Below are positions 17,280 to 36,385 of a stretch of 64,000 nucleotides of DNA, one piece after another. Positions within the stretch are counted from its first letter, which is position 1; each line of letters starts with the position of its first letter. The translations under genes were made by a program, and so were the position numbers. Under the pieces are notes generated by a model. That model saw nothing but the letters and a program-made list of their open reading frames with translations. It had not been told where the DNA came from and made no database searches. This stretch comes from the human T2T-CHM13v2.0 reference genome, Homo sapiens, in NCBI RefSeq assembly GCF_009914755.1, contig NC_060929.1. One strand, given 5' to 3'.

Positions 17280-17877
17280 AAATGTTTCACTGCAATGATT
17301 TAGTGTTTCTCACTTTTCATCCTCCTCTGCTTCTGAGAGAGTAACAGATTTTCACAAACCAGGGGGCAGAAATACATGACATTGTGAAGAGGGTAAAATT
17401 TGTTCTCAACCTTTCCATAACTGCTTTCTGCACCTGACAATTCCTTCTCATGCCTCTGACCTAGAGCATTCAGCATCTCATACTGACTGCCTCCCCATAG
17501 CTAAGAATGCCTCTGGGTGCCTTCCTCAGCTCTGCTGAAGTCAGTTTGCTATACCAACTTCTCAAGGCTGGAGATTAGAATGTGTTTTTCTATGGTTTAG
17601 GAAAACCTCCTTCCACCAGGAACTTGAATCAGTTATGAAAATTAGGTAGCAATCAGGGAAATGCAGAGTTTAAACATTAGAAGTCACCTTAGAGACAACC
17701 CATCCAAGGGCTTCTGACTGATCCAAGGTGTGGATTGAGGCCTGATAATTTTTATTTTTAAGTTCTCATGGGACGAGATTCTGGGACCACCTTCTGTCTT
17801 TCAATCCAGAGGTGTTGTATATCAGGTGAGCAGGCTTCTCACCCTGTTCAATGAGAAAGAATTGACTGCACCTCAAT

Positions 17878-18035
17878 ACAATGGTTCTTATCCTTGGCTG
17901 CACATTGGAATCACCTGGGGAGATTTTAAAACCCACCAGGAGTCTGATTTAATTGCTCTGAGGGGCAGGCGTAGCACTGATGTTTTGCAAGCTGCTGAGG
18001 GGATTCTGCTGTGCAATCAGGACTGAGAATCACTG
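17878..18035. mobile_element. MER5A-like MITE
   Basis: ATGGTTCTTATCCTTGGCTGCACATTGGAATCACCTGGGGAG...GACTGAGAATCACTG. Confidence 0.8.
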
Positions 18036-18059
18036 TCTTCATATTTACAACTCTCTGAT

Positions 18060-18230
18060 TATGGGTAAGTTATGTAAACTCTTGGTGCTGAGTTTTCTCA
18101 TCTATATAATGAGATGGTAATGACACTTATTATAGTTTTGGTGACTAGTGACTATTAAATGAGTCAATCAATTTAGAACATTTAGAAATATGCCCAGCAT
18201 TTAGTGAATGTTATATGAAAGTTGGCTGTT
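18060..18230 (+). mobile_element. MIR
   Basis: GGGTAAGTTATGTAAACTCT...AGTTTTCTCATCTATATAATGAGATG. Confidence 0.65.
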
Positions 18231-18559
18231 GTTGTGATCATCATCATAGGAGTTGTAGTTAGTGTCTTCTTTCCTCTCCTCCATCCCTTTTTTTTCTTTT
18301 TGCATGCTCTGATTTTCATGGACTCTTTTTACATGTTTGCAAGACTTTAGCTCTGTTGTAGAATGGGCTATATTCAAGTCACCAAAATTAAGTAGGGCCA
18401 TTTGCTCACCACCTCCCTTTATCTTCTCCCCCAACCCAATAGAGGCTGCCCTGTTCTTTCAGTGAATGTTGTTTAGTGGAAATAGCACTGTACTGGGAGT
18501 CAAAAAATATGGATTCTTTCTTAAGATCTAAATTCCAAAGCACTCTTTTAAAAAATTAA

Positions 18560-19935
18560 CTGACTGTAAATATGAGAGTTTTACTACAGGGCTCTCAATT
18601 CTATTCCCTTGAGTTATAAATCTATCCTTATGCCAGTGCCACACTTCTGATTAACGTAGCTTTGTAGTAAGTTTTAAAATCAGAAAGTGTGAGCTCTCCA
18701 ACATTGTTATTTTTCAAGATTCTTTGGCAATTCTTGTTCCCTTGCATTTTCATATGAATTTTAGAATCAGCTTGTCCATTTCTGAAAAGATGCAAGCTGG
18801 AGTTTTAACAGTGACTGCATTGAATATATGAATCACTTTGAGCAGTTTTGTCATCTCCACAATTTTAAGCCTTCTGATCTGAGAATGTGATGTGTCTTTA
18901 TACTTATTTGGTCTTTAATTTCTTTCAACAATGTCTTGTCATTTCCAAAGTACAGTTGTTCACTTATTTTGTTAAATTAATTCCTAAGTATTTTAGCTTA
19001 CTTGTTCTTTTTCCTGCTATTATAAATGAAATTTTCTTAATTTCATTTTCAGATTGTTCATTGCTAGTACATGGAAATACAATTGATTTTTGTATATTGC
19101 TCTTATACCCTACAATCTTACTAAACTTGTCATGTTATTCTAATAATTTTAGTAGGTTCTTTAGGATTCTACAAGATCTGTTTACAAGATTATATCATCT
19201 GAAAGAGAGCTAGTTTTATTTCTTCCTTTACACTGTGTATGTTTTTTATTTAACTTTCTTGTCTAGTTGTACTGGCTAGAGCCTCCAGTACGATGTTGAA
19301 ATAGAAGTGGCAAGAGGGCTGGGCACGGTAGCTCACACCTGTAATCCCAGCACTTTGGGAGGCCGAAGAGGGCAGGTCACCTGAGGCAGTAGTTTGAGAC
19401 CAGCCTGGCCAACATGGTGAAAACCCATCTCTACTAAAAATACAAAAATTAGCCGGGCATGGTGGTGCACACCTGTAATCTTGGTTGCTTGGGAGGCTGA
19501 GGCATGAGAACTGGTTGAACTTGAGAGGCACAGTTTGCAGTGAGCCGAGATCACGCCACTGCACTCCTCTCTCACAGGGTGAGAGAGCAAGACCCTGTCT
19601 CCAAAAAAAAAAAAAAAAAAAAAGGCAAGAGAAGACATCTTTGTCTTGTTGTTAATATTTAGAGGGAAAGCACTAAGTCTTCCACAAGTATGTATGATGT
19701 TGGCTGTGAGCTTTTTGTAAATGGCCCTCATCAGGTTGAGAAAGTCCCCTTCTATTGCTAGTTTGTTAGGTGTTTTTATCATGAAGTGGTGTTAGATTTT
19801 TGTCAAATGCTTTTTCTGCATCTATTGAGATGACCTTATGTTCTTTGTTTTTTATTCTATTGATATGTATATTTCATTAATTGATATTCAGATGTTAATC
19901 CGATCTTGCATTCATAGGTATGTCAATACTCTTAT
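18560..19935 (-). mobile_element. Old L1M ORF2 fragment, split by an Alu
   Basis: Antisense ORF2 translation (NKLAIEGDFLNLMRAIYKKLTANII; [10 protein letters not shown]). Confidence 0.88.
19317..19623 (+). mobile_element. AluS
   Basis: Alu dimer with polyA; TSD GGCAAGAG. Confidence 0.95.
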
Positions 19936-19944
19936 ATATATATT

Positions 19945-20700
19945 TTAAAACTGTTTATTATGGAAAATTTAAAACACATAAAAAGTAGAGAGAATAATAT
20001 GATGGACTCCCAGATTCAAGTATTATCAATTCCAGAGCCAATTTTGTTCATCTATACTCCTCACTTTGCTCTGCCACATTGGATAATTTTGAAGGAAATC
20101 CCAGCAATTATATTCTTCATCTGTTAATACTTAAGTATAGGTATCGAAAGTATGAGACTCTTTTAAGAGATACATAGTCATAATAGCATCATCATATTAA
20201 AAGATGATAATTCTTTAATATAAAATATGCAGTCCGTGAACAAATTTTCCTAATTATCTCACAACTTTTAAAAACTGTGAGTCAAGATCAAAATAAGGCC
20301 TATATGTTAAAATTTATTCATGTGTCCCTTAAGTCTCATTTAACTTATTGGATCACAACAACATCTCTTTTTTTTCACCATGAAATTGGATAACTTGTCT
20401 GGTAGTGCTTTCCATAGTCTGAATATTCCCAATTTCATTCCCTTGGTATAGTTTAACATGTTCCTGTGGACTTTGTATTTCCTGTAAACTATTGAGATTT
20501 AGATGCTTAATCAGACTCAAGTTTCATTTTCTGGTAGTAATATATCATGGTAATACTGTGTACTTCCATTTGGAGATGGCTTATTTTTTGTGATGTTAGC
20601 AGCTATTAATATTGCATAAATTCATCATTTCATTAGGGGTTTAAAAATGGTATTATTCTAATTTTTCCTCTGGGTTTATGCAGCACTTTTAATTCTCTAC
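19945..20700 (-). mobile_element. L1MC-type 3' UTR
   Basis: TTTATTATGGAAAATTTAAAACACATAAAAAGTAGAGAGAATAATATGATGGACTCCC, typical antisense L1MC4/5 end. Confidence 0.7.
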
Positions 20701-21129
20701 AACATTAAGAAAAAAATAAGGATGTTTGAGGGAGTGGAGTGACACATATTGGAAGGATTCTAAGGTTTCTGCAGGCACCAAGGCTTCATGAAGGACTATC
20801 AGAGGCTCAAAAGCTGTAAGGAATTATGCAGTTTCTCTTTCTCGTTTTTTCCCCAGCCTCAACCCTATTCCTCTAGACTTAAATTGTTTAGCTTTTTTAT
20901 AGCTAAATATGACTGCCACACAGTACCCGACTTTATATCTCCACAGTCAAAAACCTACCAAGTTATTGTGTAAAGATTTTTTCAATCTTAGATTCCCTGG
21001 CCGACATTATTTTATTGGTCCAGTTTGGGCCAATTTGCTGTGACTATTAGAACATATGGCAGAGCCACACAGCACAAACATGCCACTTAGGGGTTAGGTG
21101 AGAGACAGTTCTTAGAGAAAAAGATACTT

Positions 21130-22130
21130 CAAAATATTGATTATTGGTATCTGCTCCTCCCAAGTCAATCCATAAGTTCAAACCACCATTTTTAAACATT
21201 GATGAATATCTGTCTCCCCACTCTTACCCTCCCCATTTCTCAAATGAGATTTAGATTTTTATATAAAATTGCCACCTAAAAATATCACTTAGAAACCCTG
21301 CAGACCCAAATCTCAACATGTGGAAGACATCATCTTACCACCAAAACTTGACCCTCCCTTCTCATGCCCTATCTCACTGAAAGGAACCTTCATCAATACC
21401 GTGAACCAAATAAAAAATGTGAGAATCACTCTGGACTCTCCCCTCTACCACAACCGCTTTCTTCTCATCTCATCCTCCCTCTTGCCAAGGTCGCTAATTC
21501 CATCTCCTCCAATATCATTTGTATTTGTCCCCTCTGCCCCATTTCCACCACTGACTATGGCTTTAGTTAGTATCCATCACTTCTAACCTTGATTACTGCC
21601 ACAGCAACCTACCTGGACTCTCTGGGTTTCGGAATGGTCCTTTTCCAATTTATCTTCCACACCACTTATAAGAGCCCTCTTTCTAAATGACAGTTATAAT
21701 CATTTCACTTTGTTGATTACAATCCTTCAATGACCACTGTAATTTTCAGAATAAGAGTGCAAACTCCCTATCTTAGCAATCAAAGTTCTTCACCATCTGG
21801 CTGCTGACCACTCTGCCCCCATCACTCTCTTATAGTCAACATATTATGTGGCCATCCAGCAGCATTTGCAGTTTCCAAAATTTGACAAGTTATTTGATGT
21901 ATCTTTGCTTCCTTTCCCTCAGCTGCTTCCCTGATTTGGTATGCCTTACCTCCCCTTACCAGTCCTTTTCATCCAACCAATATCTAGTGCCTGCTCAAAA
22001 GTCAACTCAAGCTCTATCTCTGTGAGAAACATCCTAGGAAACATGTTCAGCTTGACTTTGTATCTGCAGCACTTAGCCCAGTGTCTGGTACAGAGTAAGG
22101 GCTCAATACACATTTGGAATATTCATAAAT
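21130..22130 (+). mobile_element. L2 LINE
   Basis: AAATCTCAACATGT..., GATTACTGCCACAGCAACCTACCTGGACTC, and 3' end GCACTTAGCCCAGTGTCTGGTACAGAGTAAGGGCTCAATACACATTT. Confidence 0.85.
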
Positions 22131-25100
22131 TGAAAATCTACAGTTGAATCTTCAGGCACATGTGCCTGGGCTTGTTGCAGCTCCATTTTGCAGACATTCT
22201 GGGCAATGACTACTCCTCGGCTCTTCAGTCATCATAGGATTCCCCACAGACTCCTCTGATGGCTTCTCTTGGCTCAGTGTGTCTCAGGGCACTGACCACA
22301 GCCTCACAGGGGTAACCAGATAGCCTTGAGTTTCAGCTTTGCTGCTAGGCACCAATTCAGAGAGAAGGGAGACTGGGCAGGCACAGAATAACGCAAACAG
22401 ATTCCTGAGATCTCCAAGAAGCACAGAGTGCCTCTTTGCTTGATTATGAAAAAGTCTACATTCAAAGACTCATCTCTTAAGAGTTTAAGGTTATAGCCCT
22501 TGCCTTTGCTGATACCTGTAGCCCACATTGACCACTTTCCTGACCATCTTGAACATTTCTTTGTCATTCATTTTAGTACTTGACTATATTTTATATAACT
22601 TTCTACTTATTGTCTAGTTTCTCTGTTTCATGTAACAATTTTGTAGGCAAAACCAAAACAACAAAAATGCCATATTTTTCAATGGGAGAGGTTCCAGAAA
22701 CCTGTAGAAGGATAAATGTGCTGATGTTTTTAAGCAAGAAGAGATGATTCTAGAATTTATAAACTTATCACGTCTGCAAACAAAATATTGACAGGTAATT
22801 TGTGAGTATAGTTTTAAAAGAAACTCACAGGAGGCCACAGGTTCACTGAGGACAAATTATAGCAAATAAAACTAATTTTTTTCAGTAGAATTTCCAACTA
22901 GTAAACTAAATTATAACAATAATTCATATCAATTTGGAGCTTTATAATACAAAACATTTTCACATGTATTATCTTAGCAAGGTACCATGGCTTTGTGAAA
23001 AGATGATGGAATTTCAAGCAAGACAGATATGAGTTTGATTCTTGTTGTGCTTTACTTCTCTGAGCCTCTTTTCTTTATTTGTATAGGATATTCAAATCAT
23101 ATATAAGAATAAAAGATAATCTATGTTCCAGTCTAGTTACTGAAACACAATATTTGCATTTTATGGAGAATCTATTATAATTATTATCAATTCTTAATTT
23201 TCTCAATAAATGGTGACGAAGGGATTAGTGTTGCCTTTTTTTACATATAAGCAAATCAAGGGTAAATTTAAGTAATTTTCTACAAGACACACTACAAGTG
23301 TGTTAAAGAAAAGAGATGTGAATCCCAGTTCTCTGCTATACTCTTTCTCCTATGCCATGGGGAAATGAGATCACCTTCTCATTTCCTCATTTTGCAATCA
23401 CTGAGTATGTGAAATGGTTGAGACCTATGACCTGGATTTCATTAAATAGTGGAAGGTTTATAGCCATTTCATGGACCAGACCCCCATAATGTTGATCAAA
23501 ATCCACCTGGATGTGGGCGGGGTGGGCTCTCTTTCATCCACAGAGCTCTGGTTTCATCTATGCCCTTCAATAATTTAATTAACTGACAATTCCACAAGAA
23601 GTTATAACAATGTAAATATATATGCACCTAACTGGAGCACCAAGATTCATAAAACAGTTACCATCATACCTAAGAAAAGAGATAGACAGCAACACAATAA
23701 CAGTGGGGGACTCAACACTCCACCAACTGCACTGGACAGATCATCAAGGGAAAAAGTCAACAAAGACACACTGGACTTAAACTACACTCTAGAACAAACA
23801 GACCTAACAGATATATACAGAACATTCTACCCAAGAACTTCAGAATATACATTCTTCTCATCAGCACATGGAACATCCTCTAAGATAGACCACATGATAG
23901 GCCACAAGTCTCAACAAATTTTTAAAAACCAAAATTATATCAAGTATCTTCTCAGACCACAGAGGAACAAAGCTAGAAATCAGTTCCAAACTGAACCCTC
24001 AAAACTATACAAATACATGGAAATTAAACAATCTCTTCCGGAATGATTTTTGTGTTTATAATGAAATCAAGATGGAAATTTAAAAATTCTTCAAAATGAA
24101 TGATAACAGTGACAAGGTTGTCAAAACCTCTGGAATGCAGCAAAAGTAGTACTAGGAGAAAAGTTTATAATGCTAAATGCCTACAGCAAAAAGCAGAAAG
24201 ATCACAAATTGACAACCTAACATTTCACTTCAAGGAACTAGAGAAATAAGAAAAAAACCAAACCGAAAAGCTACCAGAAGAAAAGAAATAACGAAGATCA
24301 GAGCAGAACCAACTGAAATTGAAACAAAATACAAAAGATCAATCAAATGAAAAGTCGGTTCTTTGAAAAGATAAACAAAATGGATAGACCACTAGGTAGA
24401 TTAACCATAAAAAAAGAGAGAAGAGTCAAATAATCTCAATTAGAAATAAAAATGGAGACATTACCACTGACAACACAGAACTACAAAAGATCATTCGACA
24501 CTGCTATAAATACCCCTACACACACAGACTAGAAAACCTAGAGGAAATGTATAAGTTCCTAGAAACATACAACCCCCTAGCTTGAATCAGGAAGAAAGAG
24601 AAATCCTGAACAGACGTATAACAAGCAGTAAGACTGAATGAGTAATAAAAAAAAATCTGCCAGCAACAACAACAACAATAAAGCCCAGGACTAGATGAAG
24701 TCACAGCTGAATTCTATCAGACATTCAAAGAACAATTGGGACCAAGCCTCCTGAAACTATTCTAAAAGATTGAGAAGGAGGAAATCCTTTCCAACTCATT
24801 CTACAGCCTGTTTCACTCTAATACCAAAGCCAGCAAAGGATATAACAACAACGACAAAAAGAAAACTACAGACCAATATCTCTGATGAATATAGATGCAA
24901 AAATCCTCAACAAAATAGTAGCAAACTGCATCCAACTGCACATCAAAAAAATAACTCACCATGATCAAGTGGGTTTCATCCCATGAAGGCAGGGATGGTT
25001 CAACATACCCAAGTCAATAAATGTGATTCATCACATACACAGAATTAAAAACATAAGCCATATGATCATCTCAATAGACACAGAAAAAGCATTTGATAAA

Positions 25101-26613
25101 ATGCAGAATCTCAAAAAAACACTTGATAAAACCTTCAAAAAACTAGTCATAGAGGGAACATACCTCAAAATAATAGAAGCCAAATATCACAAACACACAA
25201 CCAACATCATACTGAATGGAAAAAAGTTGAAAGCATTTCCTGTAACAATGAGAAGACAAGGATGCCCACTGTCACCATTCCTATTCAACATAGTACTGGG
25301 AGTTCTAGCCAGAGCAATAAGGCAAGAGAAAGAAATAAAAGGCATCCAAATTGGAAAGAGGAAGCCAACGATATGATCTTATACCAAGAAAACTTTAAAG
25401 ACTCTTACAAAAGACTCCTAGACTTGATAATGAATTCAGTAAAGTCTCAGATTATAAAATCAATGTACACAAACCAATAGCACTGTTGCATACCAAAAAG
25501 GACTAACCTGAGAATCAAATCAATAACTCAATCCCTTTTTCAAAAGCTACACACACAAAAATACCAAGGAATATACTTAACCAAGGAGATGAAAGATCTC
25601 TACAAGGAAAACTACAAAACACTGCTGAAAGAAATCATAGATGGCACAAACAAATGGAAATACATCCCATGCTTATGAAATGGAAGAATTAATATTGCTA
25701 AAATGTCCACACTGCCGATAGCAATCTACAGATTCAATGCAATCCCTATCAAAATACCAATGTCATTTATTCACAGACTCAGAAAACACAATCCTAAAAT
25801 TCACATGGAACCAAAAAGAGCCTAAACAGTGAAAGCAATCCTAAGCAAAAAGAACAAATCTGGAGGCATCACATTAACGAACTTCAAATTATACCATAAG
25901 GCTATAGTAACCAACACAGCATGGTACTGGTATAAAAGCAGGCACATAGACCAATTGAACAGAATAGAGAACCCAGAAATAAAGCCAAATACTTACAAGC
26001 AACTGATCTTTGACAAAGCACACAAAAACATAAACTCTAGAAATGACACCCTATTCAATAAATGGTGCTGGGAAAATTGGACAGCCACACATAGAAAAGT
26101 GAAACTGGATCCGTATCTTGCACTTTATACAAAAGTTAATTCAAGATGGATCAAAGACTTAAATCTAAGACCTGAAACAAAAATTCCGGAAGAAAACCTA
26201 GGAAAAACTCTTCTGGACATTTGCCTAGGCAAAGAATTTATGACTAAGGCCCCAAAGGCATATGCGACAAAAATAAAAATAAATAGGCATGACCTAATTA
26301 AACTAAAAAGCTTCTACACAGCAAGAGAAATAATCAACAGAGTAGACAGACAACCTACAGAATGAGAGAAAATATTTGCAAACTATGCATCTGACAAAGA
26401 ACTAATATCCAGAATCTATAAGGAGCTCAAATCAGCAAGGGAAAAAAAAAAACAATCCAATTAAAAAGTGGGCAAATGAATAGACATTTCTCAAAAGAAG
26501 ATATACAAATGGCCAAGAAACATATGAAAAAATGCTCAATAACACTAATGATTAGGGAAATGCAAGTTAAAATCACAATGAGATACCACTTTACCCCAGA
26601 CAGAATGGCCATT

Positions 26614-28002
<1,389 letters not shown>

Positions 28003-31000
28003 CAGAATGGCCATTATTAAAAAGTCAAAAAACAATAGATGTTGATGCAGACGTAGTGAAAGGGAATGCTTATACACTGCTGGTGGTAATGTAAATTACT
28101 ACAACCTGTATGGAAAACTACGGAATTTTCTCAAAGAACTAAAAGTGGACCTACCATTTGATCCTGCATTCCCCTTCCACCCAAAGGAAAAGGAGTCATA
28201 TCAAAAAGACACAAAGAACAAAGACACCTGCACGTGTATGTTTATTGCAGCACAATTCACAATTGCAAAGATATGGAATCAACCTAAGTGCCCATCAACA
28301 ATGAGTGGATAAAGAAAATGCAGTGTGTATATGTGTATATACATATATATGTGTGTGTATATATATAGTATATATGTAGAATATATATAAATGCAGTATA
28401 TATACTGCATTTTACATGTGTAAAATAGTATTTTATGATATATATATTATGTAATACTACTCAGCCATAAAAAAGAATGAAATAATGTCTTTTGCAGCAA
28501 TTTGGATGGACTCAGAGGCCATTGTCCTAAGTGAAGTAACTCAAGAATGGAAAACCAAATACCACATGTTCTCATTTATAAGTGGGAACTAAGCTATGTG
28601 TACACAAAAGCATACAGAGTGGTATAATGGACATTGGAGACTAAGAAGTGGGGAGGGTGGGAGGGGGATAAGGGATGAAAAACTACCTATTGGGTGCAAT
28701 GTACACTACTTGGGTGATGGGTACACTAAAATCCCAGACTTAACCACTCTACAGTTCGTCCATGTAACCAAAAACCACCATCGTACCCCTAAGGCTACTG
28801 AATTTTTAAAATGTTTTTCAAATTTAATTAAATGAATTGAGGGTGTCCTCAATCTGTGAATGGAGATAGTAATAAGTAGATAACATGCTGGATATCAAAA
28901 TCCAGATTTACTTTTAAAGCAACTGGAAGAGAAAAATGGGTCACAATAAAGAGAAGAATTTTTTCAGAGATAAAGAAAAAACATCCTAACCTAATGTACA
29001 GAAGGGTGACTATAGTCAATAATAATGTACCGTGGGGGGGATCATGGCACACAGGAGGCAGGACTAGGTTGCAGCTCCCACTCGGACAAAGCAAGCAGTG
29101 TATGGAGGCTCACATCATGAACTTTTGCTCCAGAACAACTGCAGGAATAAATCAGGAAAACTGAGAGAACCCACAGACCCTCTGAAGAAATGGATTGCTC
29201 CTGCAGGACCTGGAAGACATCCCAAATACTGTGAGCACCCAAACTGTGGAAGTGGGAGTGGGGGATCGTCCACCCCTGAACACACACCCTCACTGGGGAA
29301 CCTGAAGGTCTAGATCACAGGAGAAGATTCTGACCTTACCTGGAGCTGAGTCAATTTAGAGAGCCAAGCAAAATACAGGGGTAGAGGAAGCAGCAGAAAA
29401 AGCCCTGTGGGTTTGCTGGGTCCCCTCGCAAGCCGTTTTTGCCTTGCCTCACGGGGTCCTTGGGGTGGGCTGCCCAAGGTACTGGGAAAAGGCCACGGGG
29501 AGAAGGAAACCTCCAGCTGAACTCTGTAACAATTTGAACCAATCGAGAGGTCTCCTGGCCAGAACTCAGGGGAGGGCGTGAAACCGGTGTGCCGACTCCA
29601 CAGGTGGGGGAAGCTGGAAAGCCCTACTTGCTTTTGCAACTGGGAGGCGGGTAGCCTGGGACAAGTTCTCTGCCCTGCTCACCCACTGCTGGAAACAGAC
29701 TTGGTGCTATTGGAGGCGGGGCATAGTGGGAGTGAGACCGGCCCTCTGGGTTGCAAGGGAGCTGGGCGACTGCTGGCTTTCCCCCACTTCCCTGGCAACC
29801 TGCATGAAAGAGTAAAGGCAGCCATAATTATCCTAGGAACATCACTCCATTCACCTGGGAACCACACTCCCATCCCCCCACAGCAGGCACACCAAGCCGT
29901 GCCCAAGGAGAGTCTGAACTCAGACATACCTAGCCCTGCCCCCCACCTAATGGTCCTTCCCTAGCCACCCTGGTAGCTGAAGATAAAGGGCATATACTCT
30001 TGGGAGTTCCAGGGTCCTGCCAACTGTCTGTTCCTCCCCATACTACCATAGCTGAGGCTCTCTTGAAAGTGCCTCCCAGCAGGAGGCCAATCAGTACAAA
30101 AATAGTGCATTAAAAAACCAAAGCTAAGGCCCTCCAGAGAGTCCATTTCACTTCCCTGCCATTGCCACCAGAACAGGTGCTGGTATCCACGGCTGAGAGA
30201 TCCAGATGGCTGACATCACAGGACTCTGTGCAGACAACCCCCAGTACCAGCCCGAGCCTGGTAGAATTGCTGGGTGGCTAGATCAAGAAGAGAGATAACA
30301 ATCAGCTGAACTACAGCTCAGCTCTCAGGAAGCCACATCCCTAGGAAAAGAGGGGGAGTACTACATCAAGGGAACACTCTGTGGGACAAGAGAATCTGAA
30401 CAACAGCCTTAAACCCTAGACCTTCCCTCTGACAGACCCTACCCTAATGAGAAGAAACCAGAAAACCAACTCTGGTGATATGACAAAACAAGGTTCTTTA
30501 ACACCCCCAGAAAATCACACTAGCTCACCAGCAACGGATCCAAACCAAGAAGAAATCACTGATTTACCTGAAAAATAAGTCAGAAAGTTAGTTATTAAGC
30601 TAATCAGGGAGGCACCAGAGAAAGGCAAAGCCCAGAGTAAGGAAGTCAAAAAATGATACAAAAAATTAGGGGAGAAATGTTCAGTGAAATAGCATAAATA
30701 AAAAACAATCAAAAATTCAGGAAAAAATGGATGCACTTATAGAAATGCAAAATGCTCTGGATAGTCTCTGCAATGGAATCAAACAAGCAGAAGAACTTCA
30801 GAGCTCAAAGACAAGGTTTTCAAATTAACCTAATTCAACAAAGACAAAGAAAAAGCAATAAGAAAATATGAACAAAGCCTCTAGGAAGTCTGGAATTATG
30901 TTAAATGACCACGCCTAAGAATAATCAACATTCCCGAGGAAGAAGAGAAATCTAAAAGTTTGGAAAACATATTTGGGGAAATAATCGAGGAAAACTCCCC

Positions 31001-31058
31001 CAGCTTTGCTAGAGATGTAGACATCCAAATACAAGAAACTCAAAGAACACCTGGGGCT

Positions 31059-31376
<318 letters not shown>

Positions 31377-33439
31377 TCATCACAAAAAGATCATTGCCTA
31401 GGCACATTGTCATCAGGGTATCTAAAGTTAAGACAAAGGAAAGAATCTCAGAAGCTGTGAGACAAAAGTACCAGGTAGCCTGCAAAGGAAAACCTATCAG
31501 ATTAACAGCAGATTTCTCAGCAGAAACCATACAAACTAGAAGGGATTGGGACCCTATATTCAGCCTCCTTAAACAAAATAATTATCAGCCAAGAATTTTT
31601 CATCTAGAGAAAGTAAGCTTCATAAATGAAGAAAAGATACAGTCTCTTTCAGATGAACAAATGCTAAGAGATTTCACCACTACCAAGCCAGCACTACAAG
31701 AACTGCTAAAAGGACCTCTAAATCTTGAAACAAATCCGGGAAACACATCAAAACAGAACTTCTTTAAAGCATAAATCTCACAGGACCTATAAAACAAAAG
31801 TACAATAATAATAATAAATATATATACAGGCAACAAATAGCACAATGAATTGAGTGGTACCTCACACCTCAATACTAATGTTGAATGTAAATAGCTTAAA
31901 TGCTCCACTTAAAAGATACAGAATTGCAGAATGGATAAGAATTCACCAACCATCTGCTGCCTTCATGAGACCCACCTAACACAAAAGGAATCACATAAAC
32001 TTAAGGTAAAGGGGTGGAAAAAGACATTCCATGCGAATGGACACCAAAAGCGAGCAGGAGTAGCTATTCTTATATCAGACAAAACAAATTTTAAAGAAAC
32101 AGCATTGTGACATTATATAATGTCACATTATATAATGATATATAATGATATAATTATATAATGATAAACAATTATTATATAATCATAAAAAAGCCTTGTC
32201 CAACAGGAAAATATCACAATCCTAAATATATATGCACCTAACACTGGGGCTCCAAAATTTATAAAACAATTACTAATAGACCTAAGAAATGAGATAGACA
32301 GCAACACAATAACAGTGGAGGACTTCAATACTCCACTGACAGCACAAGATAGGTCATCAAGATGGAAAGTCAACAAACAAACAATGGATTTAAACTATAC
32401 CCTGGAACAAACAGACTTAACAGATATTTACAGAACATTCTACCCAACAACCGCATAATATACATACTATTCATCAGCGCATGAAACTTTCTCCAAGATA
32501 GACCATATGATAGGCCACAAAATGAACCTCAATAAATTTATGAAAATTGAAATTATATCGAGTACTCCCTCAGACCACAGTGGATAAAACTGGAAATAAA
32601 CTTCAAAAGGAACCTTCAAAACCATGGAAATTAAATAACCTGCCCCTGAATGATCATTGGGTCAAAAATGAAATCAAGATGGAAATTAAAAAATTCTTCG
32701 AACTGAAATACAATAGTGACACATCTATCAAAACTTCTGGGACACAACAAAGGTGGTGTTAAGAGGAAAGTTCATAGCCTTAAACGCCTGCATTAACAAG
32801 TCTGAAAGAGCACAAACAGACTATCTAAGGTCACACCTCAAGGAACTAGAGAAACAAGAACAAACCAAACTCAAACATAGCAGAAGAAAGGAAATAACTA
32901 AGATCAGAGCAGAACTAAATGAAATTGAAACAAACAAACAAAAAAATACAAAAGATAATGAAATAAAAAAAAAACTGGTTCTTTGAAAAAATAAATAAAA
33001 TTGATAGACCATTGGCAAGATTTACCAAGAAAAGAAGAGAGAAGAGCCAAATAAGCTCAATTAGAAAGGAGATGGAGATACTACAACTGACATCACAGAA
33101 ATACAAAAGATCATTCAAGGCTGCTATGAACACCTTTATATGCACAAACTAGAAAACCTAGAGGAGATGGATGAATTCCTGGAAAGATACAACCCTCCTA
33201 GCTTAAAGCAGGAAGAATTAGATACCTTGAACAGATCATTAAAAAGCAGTGAGATTAAAATGGTAATTTAAAAATTACCGACACACACACACACAAAAAA
33301 ATGTGAAGGACCAGACGGATTCACAGAAGAATTCCACCAGACATTCAAAAAATTGGTACCAATCCTATTGACACTATTCCACAAGATAGAGGAAGAGGGA
33401 ATCCTCCCTAAATCATTCTATGAAGCCAGTGTCACCCTA

Positions 33440-33835
<396 letters not shown>

Positions 33836-34039
33836 CTAGCTAACCAAATCCAACAACATACCAAAAATATAATCCACCATGATGAAGTGGGTTTCACACC
33901 AGGGACGCAGGGATGGTTTAACATATGCAAGTCAATAAATGTGATACACCACATAAACAGAATTAAAAACAAAAATCACATGATCATCTCAATAGATGCA
34001 GAAACAAAATCCAGCATCCTTTTATGATTAAAACTTTCA

Positions 34040-36385
<2,346 letters not shown>

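Noticed and set aside
19250-19782. 104-aa and 149-aa minus-strand ORFs
   Set aside because: Antisense Alu translation fused to an L1 ORF2 remnant
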